64,000 nucleotides of DNA, from the IMG/VR virus record IMGVR_UViG_3300020421_000003; one strand, written 5' to 3'. The position numbers and the translations under genes were made by a program. Source of the stretch: a virus. Positions 29,614 to 37,756 of this stretch are shown here, one piece after another. The stretch's first letter is position 1. Every line of letters starts with the position of its first letter. Under the pieces are notes generated by a model, which was given only the letters and a program-made list of their open reading frames with translations, was not told the DNA's origin and did no database searches.

Positions 29614-30848
29614 ACGAGTGCAGTAGCGGGGACACCTTTAACAAAAATCTCATCAACAATACGCTGGAGACGCTTACAAACAGCGGCACCATAATTGCGA
29701 TGCACAGGCACAGTCACAAAACCTGTGGGTTTGTTATACAAACTCCACTGCTGTGGTTGTAACTCACCTGACTGCAATCGTGCAGCGTCATCACGATCGA
29801 GACGGATAACTCTGCCGATCGTTTGTGCCATCTCAACAACGTTAAGATTACGGAGTAAAATGCAATGAGTGAGACCAGGGACGTTGATACCCTCAGACAA
29901 AATAGAATAGTGGAAGATCACAAACTTGCGATCCTTTTCTTTGCCCCATTGTGTCAACGTCTCAAAGAATACCTCACGCGATACCTTGGTGCGATTGACA
30001 TATGCACCGAATTTAGATGTTACATGAAGCACATCGTAACCACGCTCAAACAACTCATGGAGGATATCTGTGCTGCCGAGGATGTTACCCAGCACACGAG
30101 AAGAAGGCACAGCAACCAACACTTTTGCAGCGTCAGTCTCATCGAGATTGTCGATGATGTCTTGCACAGTGTTACTGTGGACAAGGTGTGGATTCTTCTT
30201 ATCTACGCTGTGATCTGTCTCGAAAGGGACAATCGTAGGGGGGAGAATGTGACCGCCTTGGACTAACTCAGGAGCAGGCACATTGCACAGCACAGGACCA
30301 AAAACCTCAACGTTATTCATGCCACGATCATGACGATTAGAGACACGAGGTGTTGCAGTGAAAAAATACTTCATATCTGCATGAAGACTCATTGCAGCAA
30401 CAGGAATGAAGAAATTACGTGTGCAAGCATTGTGTGCTTCATCGAAATAGATAGCATCAACATCGATGCCACTATCTACAACACGGCGCAAAGAGTGATA
30501 AGTCGTGAATATAATGCAGGACTCATTTGCTGCTCGCGCAGTGTTATTGAAGAGAGCAAGTTTGTCGCTCTTAGTAGTAGAGAAATGATGTGTTTCACCG
30601 CTGTGGCAGTGTGCGACGTGTGTCCATGTGCCGCTGATGTGCTCCATGAACTCATCGCTGAGTTGATTAGCGAGCAGGATGCGCGGAGCAACGACGACGA
30701 TGGTGCGAGGTCCGTGCGTCAGCAGGTGACGAGCGTGCTCGATCATGATGATGGTCTTACCACCGCCCGTGGGGACGATCACCTGACCGTGACCAGTGGA
30801 GCAAAGCGCGTCGAGAGCGCGTGACTGGTGGGGACGGAGTGTGATCAA
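29610..30848 (-). CDS. Superfamily 2 DEAH helicase (ResIII-like)
   Basis: LRPHQ (Q motif), PTGGGKT (Walker A), FDEAH, TATP, SEGINVP, QTIGRVIR. Start moved to the TTG at 30848 because the track start lies inside the promoter cassette. Confidence 0.9.
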   Translation of the reverse strand: MITLRPHQSRALDALCSTGHGQVIVPTGGGKTIIMIEHARHLLTHGPRTIVVVAPRILLANQLSDEFMEHISGTWTHVAHCHSGETHHFSTTKSDKLALFNNTARAANESCIIFTTYHSLRRVVDSGIDVDAIYFDEAHNACTRNFFIPVAAMSLHADMKYFFTATPRVSNRHDRGMNNVEVFGPVLCNVPAPELVQGGHILPPTIVPFETDHSVDKKNPHLVHSNTVQDIIDNLDETDAAKVLVAVPSSRVLGNILGSTDILHELFERGYDVLHVTSKFGAYVNRTKVSREVFFETLTQWGKEKDRKFVIFHYSILSEGINVPGLTHCILLRNLNVVEMAQTIGRVIRLDRDDAARLQSGELQPQQWSLYNKPTGFVTVPVHRNYGAAVCKRLQRIVDEIFVKGVPATALV

Positions 30849-30873
30849 AATCTTGTTTGTTTGTCGATATAAC

Positions 30874-30946
30874 AAGTATACAGGAAAACCCATGAAAAAG
30901 CACCCCCTAGAGGGTGCTGGTGTGCAGGTTAGTCGATTGTCACACT
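30874..30946 (-). promoter_or_regulatory. Early promoter cassette copy 2 with embedded terminator-like hairpin
   Basis: GTGTGACAATCGACTAACCTGCACAC, then GCACCC-TCTAG-GGGGTGC-TTTTT, then TGTATACT. Confidence 0.65.
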
Positions 30947-30947
30947 C

Positions 30948-31109
30948 TCAACGGTAGTCGCTGCAGATGTCATCGTAACTAGCACCAACGGGGACAGATT
31001 GACAGAATCGTGTCATCTTAGTCTCTTGAAATTGTGATACCTTGTTGATAGCACTGATGCCTATATTAGCACCAACGATGACAACAATCGCAGCAAGGAT
31101 AATTCTCAC
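30948..31109 (-). CDS. Small membrane-anchored protein (53 aa)
   Basis: GTG start overlapping the upstream stop; hydrophobic N-terminus RIILAAIVVIVGANIGISAI plus two Cys. Confidence 0.6.
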   Translation of the reverse strand: MRIILAAIVVIVGANIGISAINKVSQFQETKMTRFCQSVPVGASYDDICSDYR

Positions 31110-31486
31110 TTAAGTGCCTCCAATGCGTTGCGGTGCTGATCATCGAAGATCGCTTGAGATACTGACTCGTTGATATACTCAAAGATGAATTGTTTGCACT
31201 CGTCAATGGTGTCAAACGTGGTGATTTGTGGGAAAATGTAGATTAGAGTGTGGTCTGCTGTGTATTGCTGACGACGTGCATTTACTCTATATTTTCCACC
31301 TTCTGCCATATTTTCAGTGATCTGAAATGCAGGAACTTTGATGCCTGCATCATTATAAATGCAGTCAAATTGAATGAATACGTCCTCACTGTAGAGGATA
31401 GAAGTGCCACTCACTGTGGTGTAATCAATGTCGATAGTCTCAATCATGATGTTGTTAGATAGTGTGATTAGGTTAGACTCAATCAA
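31106..31486 (-). CDS. Hypothetical protein
   Basis: 126-aa ORF in a coupled minus-strand run; start uncertain. Confidence 0.65.
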   Translation of the reverse strand: MIESNLITLSNNIMIETIDIDYTTVSGTSILYSEDVFIQFDCIYNDAGIKVPAFQITENMAEGGKYRVNARRQQYTADHTLIYIFPQITTFDTIDECKQFIFEYINESVSQAIFDDQHRNALEALK

Positions 31487-31680
31487 GCGTCGAAAGTCTC
31501 GTTGTAGACATCATAAAAGAGATCGAAGGCAGCGAGGTCACCAGCGAAGGGACGGGACTGATCAGCGACCCAATCGTATGCCATATCGAGATCAGCATCA
31601 GTGCTGAGCAGGAAGGCAGGCAGGTCGCGCAGCGCCTGGATGAAGGAGGAATCGGTGAGAAGCATTTTCTTGTTTGTCAT
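31483..31680 (-). CDS. Hypothetical acidic protein
   Basis: Track ORF trimmed to the ATG at 31680, which lies just after the TATGAT -10 box. Confidence 0.7.
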   Translation of the reverse strand: MTNKKMLLTDSSFIQALRDLPAFLLSTDADLDMAYDWVADQSRPFAGDLAAFDLFYDVYNETFDA

Positions 31681-31686
31681 GTGCCA

Positions 31687-31756
31687 ATCATACCAGAACC
31701 AGGGGACCATGCAACGGGTTTTCCTGATTTTGGGTACAGTGCCTCGATTGGCACAC
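31687..31756 (-). promoter_or_regulatory. Early promoter cassette copy 3
   Basis: GTGTGCCAATCGAGGCACTGTACCCAAAAT followed by TTGCAT...TATGAT. Confidence 0.7.
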
Positions 31757-31760
31757 GGTC

Positions 31761-31946
31761 TCAGGTGTCGCTGGTGAGGTCGTCTGGATGTGCATTAGTT
31801 AATGCTAATTGTCGTTGAAGTTCATACTTTACAACGTTAGTGTGCTTGAGAATGTGCTTTGAATAATGGAAATCCTCAGCAAGTTTCTCAATGCTTCTAA
31901 TCTGTTGTAAAGCAGTCCTCAATCTACTAGCATTATTCAGGGACAT
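31761..31946 (-). CDS. Hypothetical protein
   Basis: 61-aa helical ORF in a coupled run. Confidence 0.65.
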   Translation of the reverse strand: MSLNNASRLRTALQQIRSIEKLAEDFHYSKHILKHTNVVKYELQRQLALTNAHPDDLTSDT

Positions 31947-31950
31947 TACA

Positions 31951-32151
31951 TCAATTAATCAGGGTATTATTTGGGATGAAGATAAACTCATACTCACCAT
32001 CCATAGGATCGCGACCATCAACAACCCACTCATTTAAGATGCTTTTAGCATCATCAGCGCGTGAATCTTCGATGCAGAGTCTCATTGCTTCCAACAATGA
32101 ATCACCCATGTTATCTAGTGAAGTTTCTTTTTCGTTGATGTCGTAATTCAT
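31951..32151 (-). CDS. Hypothetical protein
   Basis: 66-aa acidic ORF, ATGA overlap. Confidence 0.7.
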   Translation of the reverse strand: MNYDINEKETSLDNMGDSLLEAMRLCIEDSRADDAKSILNEWVVDGRDPMDGEYEFIFIPNNTLIN

Positions 32152-32351
32152 GAATTTAGGGGGTTTGAGTAAAAATTGACGATTTCACGATATAGTGAAA
32201 CCTGTGGATCATCTGGTGGTTGTTTTAACTCTGCTTCAATGATGTCAAGAATCTCGCCACATTCATCAGCGGCGTCTTCATCAATCAACACAGCATAGTC
32301 TTCTACAGCATCAGCAATTAACTCAAGTTGTCGTTTAGTAAATGTTGCCAT
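32148..32351 (-). CDS. Hypothetical protein
   Basis: 67-aa acidic ORF with AGGA RBS. Confidence 0.7.
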   Translation of the reverse strand: MATFTKRQLELIADAVEDYAVLIDEDAADECGEILDIIEAELKQPPDDPQVSLYREIVNFYSNPLNS

Positions 32352-32417
32352 GGTGTCCTGATTAGGAGTTTGTGGGAGGTCTTACGCTTAATACTGTGCT
32401 GCCCCCGTGTTAGTTAA

Positions 32418-32690
32418 TCAACCCACACATGCCATCGGACGATATACATTAGCAGGAATCTTGTCGGTGTGGTAGTCAGTAACTGTAGCGCCTCCAGCGA
32501 TACGCTCTGCCCACTCATTACGTGCTGTGAGTGATGTCACAGTGCTGTAAGACTGTTGTCCATTAGCACGAAATGTGACACACTTAACAAAACGCTTGAC
32601 GACAACTTTCATGCCTTTGACTTCATCAGACTCAGCAATGAATGCCTCAGGGAAGAAATCGACGATGGTGACGTTGTTTGTGAGTTGCAT
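32418..32690 (-). CDS. Hypothetical early protein
   Basis: Track ORF trimmed to the ATG at 32690 (MQLTNNVTIVDFFPEAFIAE), downstream of the cassette -10 box. Confidence 0.7.
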   Translation of the reverse strand: MQLTNNVTIVDFFPEAFIAESDEVKGMKVVVKRFVKCVTFRANGQQSYSTVTSLTARNEWAERIAGGATVTDYHTDKIPANVYRPMACVG

Positions 32691-32714
32691 GTGATGCGTT
32701 TCTTTGACTCTCTT

Positions 32715-32757
32715 AATATACACGGTTTTGGGGTGCTGTGCCACTATAGTGGACACT
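32715..32757 (-). promoter_or_regulatory. Early promoter cassette copy 4 (compact)
   Basis: AGTGTCCACTATAGTGGCACAG...TGTATATT. Confidence 0.6.
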
Positions 32758-33003
32758 TCACGAGGTGGTTAGTTTTGAGAGACTGATCACGAGCAAAAAC
32801 GAAAGCATAATAACAACATCCCACGCTCTAGTTCTTACAAAATAGGGCACACTGATTAAATCAGCAATTAGTTGAATACTTACACCCAGTAAGATATTCA
32901 CATGGAGGATGACAAAATAGGCAGTGATGACACCAACGCTGCCTAATACTCTCGCTTTACTATCAATTGGCATAAGAAACAATTTTGTAGTTGTTGAGAT
33001 CAT
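32758..33003 (-). CDS. Small integral membrane protein
   Basis: Three hydrophobic segments; true start probably MPIDSKAR at ~32973. Confidence 0.7.
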   Translation of the reverse strand: MISTTTKLFLMPIDSKARVLGSVGVITAYFVILHVNILLGVSIQLIADLISVPYFVRTRAWDVVIMLSFLLVISLSKLTTS

Positions 33004-33217
33004 CTTTGATGACTCGCTCGTTTGGTGATAACAAACTACGCTCTAGTCGTAGTTGCCAACCCTCCACAATGTCATTCTCAGCAATAACAGCGAAACCGAA
33101 ACATCCTGGTGTTGGCATCATAAACAAACCATGCTTTTCTGCCTCTTGAGTGTTAGCGAAACCTCGGGCAGTGATGGTCCAATCTTTACCAAAGTAGGCA
33201 CAAATAAAGTCAGTCAT
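32963..33217 (-). CDS. Hypothetical protein
   Basis: 84-aa ORF in a coupled run. Confidence 0.7.
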   Translation of the reverse strand: MTDFICAYFGKDWTITARGFANTQEAEKHGLFMMPTPGCFGFAVIAENDIVEGWQLRLERSLLSPNERVIKDDLNNYKIVSYAN

Positions 33218-33236
33218 TGTTGTTAATTAAGGGTGA

Positions 33237-33431
33237 TCAGAAAGGGTTAGACCATGACTCGTACTTCTTCATGGTGATATAACCCTCACGGCAAAGTGAG
33301 TCAGTAAAGTATGACCACTCTAGACGCTTAGCAACAGCATCACCACGTAGGCGAGGATTCTGTTTTGTGTCAACCTTCCAGTTGTAACGGAATTGCTCTA
33401 GCGCCTGTGCTTTGGTGATAGTCCTGATCAT
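33237..33431 (-). CDS. Hypothetical early protein
   Basis: 64 aa with WSYFTDSLCREGYIT..Y.SW.NPF motif; first gene after a promoter cassette. Confidence 0.75.
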   Translation of the reverse strand: MIRTITKAQALEQFRYNWKVDTKQNPRLRGDAVAKRLEWSYFTDSLCREGYITMKKYESWSNPF

Positions 33432-33453
33432 CGTGTCGTTTGCTGATGAATCA

Positions 33454-33515
33454 ATTATAAGGGGTCAGGGTGCCACTGTGCCGTCAATTGATACCAGTTT
33501 GCGGATTGACACACT
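33454..33515 (-). promoter_or_regulatory. Early promoter cassette copy 5
   Basis: GTGTGTCAATCCGCAAACTGGTATC...TATAAT; overlaps the 3' end of the oxygenase gene. Confidence 0.6.
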
Positions 33516-34016
33516 AGGGTAGACCGCTCCCAAACTCACACGATATCCGCTCTCAGGTCCCTCACCGCGATGGATCACACTTGAGTTGAATATAACTAAG
33601 CGACCTAGTTTCCATTCTACAGTATCATCCTCAAACACAGTATTGCCACTGTTACCATGTCCCATGTAGATAACACTCAAATAATTATCACTATCAGCAT
33701 CAGTATGATCACACCCTGATTGACCAGCAAGTTGACCATTTAAGAGCACACGATGACAATGACCGACAGTCCATTCTTTACACAAATCATTCCACATGCA
33801 GTGATTGAAATATTCAATAAACCACCATGGTTTAATGTCAATGAATTGATCATTCTCCACTAACATTGACCCGAAGAATCGTGCCTTCTCAAAATCTGCA
33901 TATGGTGAGTTATTATACCTAACAGGCATAAACTCTAGATCTTGTGATACTTTCTCCACCATCCATCGTGGAAAGTAATCATCAACTATCGTTATCTCGT
34001 CCTTGGGATGCATCAT
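33465..34016 (-). CDS. Fe(II)/2-oxoglutarate oxygenase (HxD type)
   Basis: DHTDAD, GRLVIFNSSVIHRG, RVSL. Confidence 0.85.
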   Translation of the reverse strand: MMHPKDEITIVDDYFPRWMVEKVSQDLEFMPVRYNNSPYADFEKARFFGSMLVENDQFIDIKPWWFIEYFNHCMWNDLCKEWTVGHCHRVLLNGQLAGQSGCDHTDADSDNYLSVIYMGHGNSGNTVFEDDTVEWKLGRLVIFNSSVIHRGEGPESGYRVSLGAVYPSVSIRKLVSIDGTVAP

Positions 34017-34191
34017 ATGCTGAGTCTAATAATTCGTTTAATTCCTTACACTTGTTGACACGCTCACTGATACTATCCTCAAGGGATTCACCATCCAATG
34101 TAGAATCGCCATAACGTGCCATCATGTCCTTAAGTTGCTCTAATGCCTTGGCAACTTTCTCTCCTTCGGATCTACCATCCTTCATCATCAT
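33982..34191 (-). CDS. Hypothetical protein
   Basis: 69-aa ORF overlapping both neighbours. Confidence 0.6.
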   Translation of the reverse strand: MMMKDGRSEGEKVAKALEQLKDMMARYGDSTLDGESLEDSISERVNKCKELNELLDSAYDASQGRDNDS

Positions 34192-34384
34192 CTGCCTCCC
34201 TGTTAATAATCTCTCGCAATCCTTCTGTGATCATGACTTGAATCTGCTCTTCAGTTAGACCCTTAAACATACTATATCTAGGGTCATTCTCGTCCCATTG
34301 TACTTCAAATGTGCCATCATCATTCTCTGTGATGGAGAGACCATCAACGTCATTGAAATCCTTTGGGTTGTTGTTGTTTTGCAT
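34172..34384 (-). CDS. Hypothetical acidic protein
   Basis: 70 aa, ENDDGTFEVQWDENDP motif. Confidence 0.7.
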   Translation of the reverse strand: MQNNNNPKDFNDVDGLSITENDDGTFEVQWDENDPRYSMFKGLTEEQIQVMITEGLREIINREADDDEGW

Positions 34385-34583
34385 CGATTACCTCAATAGT
34401 TTTAATGAATTGGTGATAATTCCACCACGCTGTTTGTGCTTCCTCCCATGAGGATACGATCTTCACACTGTTATCTGTACACCATATCTTATAACGGTGG
34501 CGGTCATAAGGGGCATCACTGGTCTGTGTGAAATAGGGTGGCAATTCGTTAGTTGATTTCATGATAGTCCCAGTCATTGTCAT
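34350..34583 (-). CDS. Hypothetical protein
   Basis: 77 aa, PYDRHRYK..W motif; start probably MKSTN. Confidence 0.7.
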   Translation of the reverse strand: MTMTGTIMKSTNELPPYFTQTSDAPYDRHRYKIWCTDNSVKIVSSWEEAQTAWWNYHQFIKTIEVIDAKQQQPKGFQ

Positions 34584-34752
34584 GTGGATAGTCTACCCAA
34601 AACCAGAAGTCAACGTTGTCGATAGCACTGAAAAACCAGCGATCAGCACGTTTGTGCTCAAGATAAACTAATGATTTAGAGTTTAGATTGTTGGCAAAGA
34701 TGGTCTTTGCCTTGTCACTCTTGGGCGTGACTTTGCATTTACCTCTTAACAT
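34549..34752 (-). CDS. Hypothetical protein
   Basis: 67 aa, VTPKSDKAK..FAN and aromatic C-terminus. Confidence 0.7.
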   Translation of the reverse strand: MLRGKCKVTPKSDKAKTIFANNLNSKSLVYLEHKRADRWFFSAIDNVDFWFWVDYPHDNDWDYHEIN

Positions 34753-35033
34753 AGAATGCCTGCAAGTGGACCTAGATTGAGTTGCATTGACGTATACGGG
34801 CGAGTGTCAGCAAAGTCAACTACTTTTCCTGGTTTCTTGTGATTGATTGGAGCAATGTAGGTGTGCTTTCTTGTGTTGTAAAAACCCCAGATAGATTTAA
34901 CAGGAGCACCACTGTTGTAAACGTATTCAGCACGATTGCAAATCCAAATAGATAAGACACTCTGCTTATGTTGTGTAACCTCATAATAATAACCTTTGGG
35001 TGCTTTGTGTGTGAAACTTTCAGGTAGCATCAT
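34746..35033 (-). CDS. Conserved hypothetical cyanophage protein
   Basis: 95 aa, FTHKAPKGYYYE..IWGFYN..APIN..KPG..TRPYTSM. Confidence 0.75.
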   Translation of the reverse strand: MMLPESFTHKAPKGYYYEVTQHKQSVLSIWICNRAEYVYNSGAPVKSIWGFYNTRKHTYIAPINHKKPGKVVDFADTRPYTSMQLNLGPLAGILC

Positions 35034-35917
35034 AATGATAGAAACTTACGATAACAACCACGATTCTTGAGTTTGTCGTGGTGCATGTCAGCAACTGTGA
35101 CATTTAACTCAATCCTACCATCTTCACTGGTGATGATACGATCAAGACCAATACACAATAGTTGATAGAATAGAGTCAATCGACCCTCATTACTCATGTC
35201 AACTGAATTTGAATTCCAGTAAGTAATTATATCAGATGTTAGTTTAGTAGTTTTACCATCCAGGCGAGCAAGAATCTCCTCCTCTAACAACTCAAGGAAA
35301 GTTAGAGCAGATTGATTATACTTGTGTGAGCAGGCAAGTGTTGCCCATGCACCTAATACTTTCGACTGAGATGAAAACTTCTCAGTATTTGTGAGGAAAG
35401 TATCAACCAGTGCAACACCCTCACGAATGTCATCACGCCACAATTCCCACTCTCTCACAGCATTATTGATTGTGAGTTTGACACCACGACGCCGACGTAA
35501 TACGTCACCAAGAATAGCAACTTCACTGGCAAGTGCAGTCTTATCTTTACGTTGGATCTCATCACATGCTCGTCTAGGTTTAGCGAGCACAGTATTTGAG
35601 AAGCAGTTAAGGGCAACACCAGTCGCAACAATACACTCAAATGTATCATCAGGATCATGCCATTTAGCAATAGCACTGAGACGATATTGTCCCTCAGTTA
35701 GGTTACCTTGCTCATTGAATGTGATCGGTTGACCATCATACAACCAACCTGTTTCTCTGATACCAGAATAGATCTCATTGATGTGATTCTTACAGATCTT
35801 TCTGTTATCAAAATTGTGGTTGTCGATGACATATTGGGCATGATCTCTATTCAAATGATAGATGCCAACTGTCTTCTCCTTTGTGATCTCAAATGGTAGT
35901 GTGTTTGCGATTGTCAT
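35030..35917 (-). CDS. ParB/Srx-like N-terminal domain protein
   Basis: N..NR....I......W..DGQPITF...G.LTEGQYRL.AI is a variant of the DGQHRL motif; start MTIANT overlaps the MTase stop (ATGA). Confidence 0.65.
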   Translation of the reverse strand: MTIANTLPFEITKEKTVGIYHLNRDHAQYVIDNHNFDNRKICKNHINEIYSGIRETGWLYDGQPITFNEQGNLTEGQYRLSAIAKWHDPDDTFECIVATGVALNCFSNTVLAKPRRACDEIQRKDKTALASEVAILGDVLRRRRGVKLTINNAVREWELWRDDIREGVALVDTFLTNTEKFSSQSKVLGAWATLACSHKYNQSALTFLELLEEEILARLDGKTTKLTSDIITYWNSNSVDMSNEGRLTLFYQLLCIGLDRIITSEDGRIELNVTVADMHHDKLKNRGCYRKFLSL

Positions 35918-36753
35918 AATAAACGAGTGAATACATTGTCTGTCCATGGTAGCACACGCTCGGCACACATCTGATGATATGTTTCATCGATCTCAAAACC
36001 GATAAAATTGCGATTCTCTTCTAGGCACACCTGGGCGGTGGTCCCTGCTCCCATGAAAGGATCAAGAATAACATCATTAACATCAGACCATGTAAGAATG
36101 TGCCCTCGTGCTAACTCTTCAGGCATAGTTGCTGGATGTTTGTAACTTGCCTTGGATGATTGTCCGAAACCTCCTGAGTTTTTGATCTTCCAAATGTTAG
36201 TCCTGACACCATACTCACGAATGACTTTAGACTTCTTGCCTGGGTCATTCATGGTGCCATCCTTCTTACGAGTCTTAGCATTGCCGAAACTCGTATACCC
36301 TGCCCATGCATTCTTCTTATCTTGGATAAGATTAATGGTCTTGGGTCTACCCTTGGAGAGTATAAAACAATACTCAAAGATCTGAGTATATCTTACACTC
36401 TTAGGACCAGATGCGAAGGCAGTGCCTGTCTTCTCATATATCATGGTGTCATGTAGTTTGAGACCACATTGATCCATAAAATATAAGCATTGACGGAAAC
36501 TGCTGCCAGTCTCTGATCCTTTGACTGTGGCATCGTTAACATTCCACATGATAACTCCACCCTGCTTTAACACACGAGTGAGGTTATCTGCGACCTGTGT
36601 AAACACAGTGTGATCCCATTGACTGCTGTCGTTGTATGTCCTCAGGTCATCATAGGGAGGAGAGGTAACAACTAAGTCAACACTCTCCTCATCCATGAGT
36701 TGCATACCATCGATGCAATTCATGAGGTGAGTTTCATTCAGCGAGAGTTTCAT
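35914..36753 (-). CDS. DNA amino-methyltransferase, beta class (N4-cytosine/N6-adenine)
   Basis: VDLVVTSPPY (motif IV, SPPY suggests N4mC), HPATMPEEL, ILDPFMGAGTT (motif I), FIGFEI. Start trimmed to MKLSLNETH. Confidence 0.92.
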   Translation of the reverse strand: MKLSLNETHLMNCIDGMQLMDEESVDLVVTSPPYDDLRTYNDSSQWDHTVFTQVADNLTRVLKQGGVIMWNVNDATVKGSETGSSFRQCLYFMDQCGLKLHDTMIYEKTGTAFASGPKSVRYTQIFEYCFILSKGRPKTINLIQDKKNAWAGYTSFGNAKTRKKDGTMNDPGKKSKVIREYGVRTNIWKIKNSGGFGQSSKASYKHPATMPEELARGHILTWSDVNDVILDPFMGAGTTAQVCLEENRNFIGFEIDETYHQMCAERVLPWTDNVFTRLL

Positions 36754-37342
36754 AGTCAGTGTGGATGAATTTACGAGTCTTACGCACTTTACCATAGATT
36801 ACGGTAATGCAGTGCAGGTCATCATTGTGGACGCGAAGAGTAGAGAAACCGTTGTTATTCTTGCCAGTTTCTGTCACCTTATCATCCCAACCAGTTTCAG
36901 GATGTGTGGCAGTGGAGAGATCAACAATGCAAGCAAATACAGATGGGAAGATGTTACCCACTTGAGTTGCTTTAACACAAAAGATCTTATCAACCTTAGT
37001 CTTGCTGTGGTTGTTACCAGTAGCGAAGGATGATGTTGACTGCGTGAGTGTCAACTTATTCTCTAGTTTCTCACCACATAGAATAGCATCGTAACCAGTA
37101 GTTTCTTCGGTGATGTAGTCAACGCGGTTGAGATCTGCAGCATCCTGCAGAGCAGGGTTAAACACGTTGGCAAGCAGTTTAGTCTTGTCTACGGTAGTCT
37201 CACCGAAATACTCATCAAGGTCGTTGAAACGACCGCCTGAGAGCACGCTGAGACCCTTCTGAAGGCGTTGTGTGCTCAAGGAGATCGCTTTAGGCACGAT
37301 GCGAAACAGTTGATCAGCGAGTTGTGTGTTGGTGGTAGTCAT
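36734..37342 (-). CDS. Putative restriction-endonuclease-like PD-(D/E)XK protein
   Basis: TGYDAILCGEKLENK fits D..ExK; overlaps the MTase start; first gene behind a promoter cassette. Confidence 0.5.
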   Translation of the reverse strand: MTTTNTQLADQLFRIVPKAISLSTQRLQKGLSVLSGGRFNDLDEYFGETTVDKTKLLANVFNPALQDAADLNRVDYITEETTGYDAILCGEKLENKLTLTQSTSSFATGNNHSKTKVDKIFCVKATQVGNIFPSVFACIVDLSTATHPETGWDDKVTETGKNNNGFSTLRVHNDDLHCITVIYGKVRKTRKFIHTDYETLAE

Positions 37343-37366
37343 GTCGTGTTTCTTTGGTATGCATAT

Positions 37367-37428
37367 AATATACAGGAAGGAAACACGGTGCGCCATCTCA
37401 GGTGGACAGTTTACCCAACTGTCACACT
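37367..37428 (-). promoter_or_regulatory. Early promoter cassette copy 6
   Basis: GTGTGACAGTTGGGTAAACTGTCCAC...TGTATATT, ~25 nt upstream of the ATG at 37342. Confidence 0.7.
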
Positions 37429-37756
37429 ACCTCTTGTTGAGATCAGGCAGCAGATCATTTCCTGGGTGGTCCTCTGTGGTGCCACGATATGCTTTATGAT
37501 CATAAAAATGCTCATCTTCAATCTCAAGATCATCCCAAAACATTGGATATATGCATAGACAACACTTATTGTATGGTTGTCTATATCCTGGTGGATTAGG
37601 TTTGGATGATATACACAAGGTGATGTATTCATCACTCACGAATTCAATCGTGCCCTCAAAATCTTGAAACCTTGCAGGCATACCAACTTCAAGAGATCGT
37701 AGGATGTTGCTAACTTCTTTAGGCACAGATTCAGAGATAAAGAGTGGGATAGTCAT
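37427..37756 (-). CDS. Hypothetical protein
   Basis: 109 aa, GTIEFVSDEYITLCI motif; ATGA overlap with the oxygenase gene. Confidence 0.7.
   Translation of the reverse strand: MTIPLFISESVPKEVSNILRSLEVGMPARFQDFEGTIEFVSDEYITLCISSKPNPPGYRQPYNKCCLCIYPMFWDDLEIEDEHFYDHKAYRGTTEDHPGNDLLPDLNKR

Noticed and set aside
29024-37428. Repeated GTGTGNCA elements as a CRISPR array or integron attC sites
   Set aside because: Copies are degenerate, spaced 0.8-3.9 kb apart and tied to -10 boxes; no cas or integrase gene is present.
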